The notes under the pieces are model-generated. The model was given only the letters and a program-made list of their open reading frames with translations, searched no databases and was not told the origin of the DNA. The translations under genes and the position numbers were made by a program. Shown in pieces: positions 32,467-34,762 of a stretch of DNA of 34,762 bases (position 1 is the stretch's first letter; every line of letters begins with the position of its first letter). This DNA comes from Nanobdellota archaeon (GTDB lineage Archaea > Nanobdellota > Nanobdellia > Woesearchaeales > UBA10107). The stretch spans positions 1 through 34,762 of the forward strand of contig JBBSYT010000078.1 in the NCBI GenBank assembly GCA_038045085.1, in the 5' to 3' direction.

Positions 32467-33102
32467 TTATTTTAAAAATGGAAGTTCTTTAACAATAAGT
32501 TCGTGCATAGCTTCAACTTGATTCTGGAGATAAGGAATAACTTTAATTCTGTTTGGTTCTTTTTTTGCCAATTCGAGATATCCTTGATTAACTCTTCTAT
32601 GAAATGGCAGTCCTTCCTGCTCAATTCGATCTGCAATGCCAAACTCTGACGTTGTTGTTTTAGCCAATCCAAGCTTTACCGAAACATCTATAAGATAAGT
32701 TAAATCCGGCTTAACCCCTTGAGTTGCTAATTTATTCAAGAGATGAATTGTTTCAACATCCAGCCCCCTCCCATAACCTTGATAAGCAGCAGTTGAGTCA
32801 TAACATCTGTCAGAAATTACGATTTTTCCCTGTCTAAGATTAGGCAAAACTACATTTTCAAAAAACTGCGCTCTTGCGGCTTCGAAGAGTAACAATTCGG
32901 CTGTTGAAATGATTTTCCCATTATGTTTTGGATTAAGAAGCAATTTCCTTATGTCTTCTCCAACTTCATTACCGCCTAGTTCTTTAGTTAAACAGACTTC
33001 ATAACCTTCTTTTTCAAGATGAGTACTTAGAAGTTTTGCCAGGGTCGACTTACCAGAACCTTCCCCACCCTCAAACGTAATAAAAAACCTCTTTTTCATC
33101 AA
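32467..33102 (-). CDS. tmk: Thymidylate kinase
   Basis: P-loop FITFEGGEGSGKST, DRCYDSTAAYQG (DR[YF] motif), and a lid region. Confidence 0.9.
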   Translation of the reverse strand: MMKKRFFITFEGGEGSGKSTLAKLLSTHLEKEGYEVCLTKELGGNEVGEDIRKLLLNPKHNGKIISTAELLLFEAARAQFFENVVLPNLRQGKIVISDRCYDSTAAYQGYGRGLDVETIHLLNKLATQGVKPDLTYLIDVSVKLGLAKTTTSEFGIADRIEQEGLPFHRRVNQGYLELAKKEPNRIKVIPYLQNQVEAMHELIVKELPFLK

Positions 33103-33139
33103 GAAACGTGTCTTTAATTAATATTTAAACTTTCTTTTG

Positions 33140-33382
33140 TCACTCAATAGAAAGCAGTTTTTCCTTAGAAGTTAGTCCTGACTTGATTCTAACCCGTTTC
33201 TTCAATAATTTAGAAAAGAATTTAACAATTTCAACATTTGCCTTGTTTTCCTCTGGTTTGGCAGCAATAGCAACTTTTAATGACTTTTTAGCATCATCAT
33301 AACCAATTATTTTATTTTCAGAAGAATTTGGTTTAACTGTAATTTTTAATTTGTTATTAATTATGTAATCATTAACATTCAT
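33140..33382 (-). CDS. DUF167 (YggU-like) family protein
   Basis: VKPNSSENKI..LKVAIAAKPEENKANVEIVKFFSKLL...IKSGLTSKEK is the DUF167 pattern. Confidence 0.75.
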   Translation of the reverse strand: MNVNDYIINNKLKITVKPNSSENKIIGYDDAKKSLKVAIAAKPEENKANVEIVKFFSKLLKKRVRIKSGLTSKEKLLSIE

Positions 33383-33690
33383 TTATACTCTCTCCAAGTA
33401 TGTTTGCATTTTTTGCATCGAAAAAATTGTGTTGCCGCTTCATCCCCCGATCTTGTTTGCATCTCCCAGTTGTATGCCTCTCTATGGCTGCAATCCGGAC
33501 ATTTTGCATTCACAGTTGGCAGAGTTTCAATTTGTTTCTCCAGAATTCCTATCTCTTTCATTTCCTGATTAATCGCTTCTGTTATTTTTGTATTCCCCTG
33601 CTCAGAATATCCGCAATGACAAACAAAAACAGATTTTTCTCCGTGCTTCTTAGGGAGCATGATTGATTTACACTTGGGACAGAATTTCAT
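33379..33690 (-). CDS. tfs: Transcription factor S (TFS / RpoM-like)
   Basis: N-terminal Zn ribbon FCPKC...CHCG. C-terminal TFIIS-type ribbon CPDC...QTRSGDEAATQFFRCKKCKHTWREY. Confidence 0.85.
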   Translation of the reverse strand: MKFCPKCKSIMLPKKHGEKSVFVCHCGYSEQGNTKITEAINQEMKEIGILEKQIETLPTVNAKCPDCSHREAYNWEMQTRSGDEAATQFFRCKKCKHTWREYK

Positions 33691-33748
33691 TTTTGAGCCT
33701 CAGTGAAAAAATGAAATAGACAAAGCTTTGCTTTGGCGTGTTTCATGA

Positions 33749-34357
33749 TTAAGCTACCTGCAATCCAAATAATGAAAGAATCCATACAAAGACTATTTTA
33801 ACATATCCGATAAATGGAATTCGCAAACTTGCTTTCCCAATTAAAGTGTACTGTCCTACATTCTTTTCATTTAGAAATTCTGTTTGAATTTGAGCAGGAT
33901 TTTTGTCTCCTTTAGTTTCTAATGGATTCAAACTAATAACTCTGTGAATAATCGGTTTTCCTTCTTTTGAGATAAATACAATGACGTCCCCCAATTCTAA
34001 GTTTTTAGGAGAAGTCAAAACCATTACCTCTCCCTTGCTAAATCCATTTTTGAACGGGAACGTCTTAAATTGCTCCTTTGTTATTCCGAATTGCTTGTAA
34101 TAATCCGACTGCTTGCAAATAAATGACCCGCAGGCCGCGGAAGAATTCCACCAAATATCAAACTTTGCATCATGATCCATCGAACTCGAAACAACAGCAA
34201 CCAAAGGAAACTCACTTCCAAGAATGAACCCTAAAACGGGAAATATGATGAATTTTATCAAAACAAATGCCAAGATTATATTTACAATCCAACTCAATAA
34301 ACTATCGTCTTCCCACACAAAATGCCAAAATTTCTTCAAATTTTGCTTAAACTTCAT
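33749..34357 (-). CDS. Signal peptidase I, archaeal/ER type (S26B)
   Basis: N-terminal TM anchor. Catalytic-Ser box VVSSSMDH, plus GDVIVF, IIHRVI and TKGDKN boxes. Confidence 0.8.
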   Translation of the reverse strand: MKFKQNLKKFWHFVWEDDSLLSWIVNIILAFVLIKFIIFPVLGFILGSEFPLVAVVSSSMDHDAKFDIWWNSSAACGSFICKQSDYYKQFGITKEQFKTFPFKNGFSKGEVMVLTSPKNLELGDVIVFISKEGKPIIHRVISLNPLETKGDKNPAQIQTEFLNEKNVGQYTLIGKASLRIPFIGYVKIVFVWILSLFGLQVA

Positions 34358-34429
34358 AGTATCAAAACCCTAAGATAATATTATAAACCTTTTCTTTTTA
34401 AATAGAGACAACGGAGTTAGTTTACCAAC

Positions 34430-34762
34430 ATGGAAGTACTTGAAGAATATGACTATTGTCCTGTTTGTTATGAAATTCATGGGCAGGCATTTAACGGAGT
34501 ATTGCAGTTAAGAAACCCTACAGACAAAGTCCTAGAATTAATAGAGGAAGAAAATATCAAAAATCATGAAAAAAGTTGGTATTGCTTAAAAAAACAAGCA
34601 GTTCCTAACGGCTTCGATTATCACTTCAATACTGCCCAATTCACAAGATACATGGGGAAAAGACTTCAGCAGATTAAAGGAGGTCAAATTGAAATAACCG
34701 CAAGGTTAGTAACTAGACGCAGACAAAAAAGTAAAGATTTGTATAGTTTTAATGTTTTGTTT
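34430..34762 (+). CDS. NMD3-like protein, 3' end outside the window (not in the ORF track)
   Basis: My own translation: MEVLEEYDYCPVCYEIHGQAFNGVLQLRNPTD...NGFDYHFNTAQFTRYMGKRLQQIKGGQIEITARLV. The CxxC, .LQLR. and G.D.hF...A pattern resembles NMD3. The frame is open to the window end. Confidence 0.45.
   Translation, partial: MEVLEEYDYCPVCYEIHGQAFNGVLQLRNPTDKVLELIEEENIKNHEKSWYCLKKQAVPNGFDYHFNTAQFTRYMGKRLQQIKGGQIEITARLVTRRRQKSKDLYSFNVLF

Overview
AT-rich, tightly packed archaeal chromosomal segment. Archaeal origin is supported by the marker genes Rpo7/RpoE', Rpo11/RpoL, Spt4, TFS, the uL1-P0-P1 stalk operon, eS24, eS31, a class I CCA-adding enzyme, a PAC2-type chaperone and an archaeal signal peptidase. 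BRE/TATA boxes lie about 25-30 nt upstream of many ATGs, so many genes look leaderless. Operon-internal genes instead use GGAGG-type Shine-Dalgarno sites. The small genes, many K/E-rich coiled-coil proteins and many surface proteins suggest a small-genome, DPANN-like archaeon; this is inference only. No rRNA, canonical tRNA or CRISPR array was found. Housekeeping blocks alternate with accessory regions. (1) Bases 1-8113 hold a cluster of unassignable secreted, membrane and coiled-coil proteins, with a duplicated C-terminal domain and a shared promoter/operator block. (2) Bases 10395-12548 hold three HTH regulators embedded in arrays of an 11-bp GTCGGGAT(T/A)AT-like box. (3) Two copies of a ~150-165 nt hairpin-type element with compensatory stem changes lie just upstream of the rpoL and rpl1 promoters (12606-12757 and 15621-15784). 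This is my best candidate for something undescribed. (4) An AbiEi/AbiEii-like pair sits between the cca stop codon and a diverged second copy of the cca 3' end, which looks like an integration footprint. (5) Also present are a ChlI/MoxR-type AAA+ plus vWA pair, a VapBC pair, a heavily sequon-rich surface protein, and tandem covarying hairpins between rpoE' and spt4. All family assignments come from motif recognition by eye; no searches were run.
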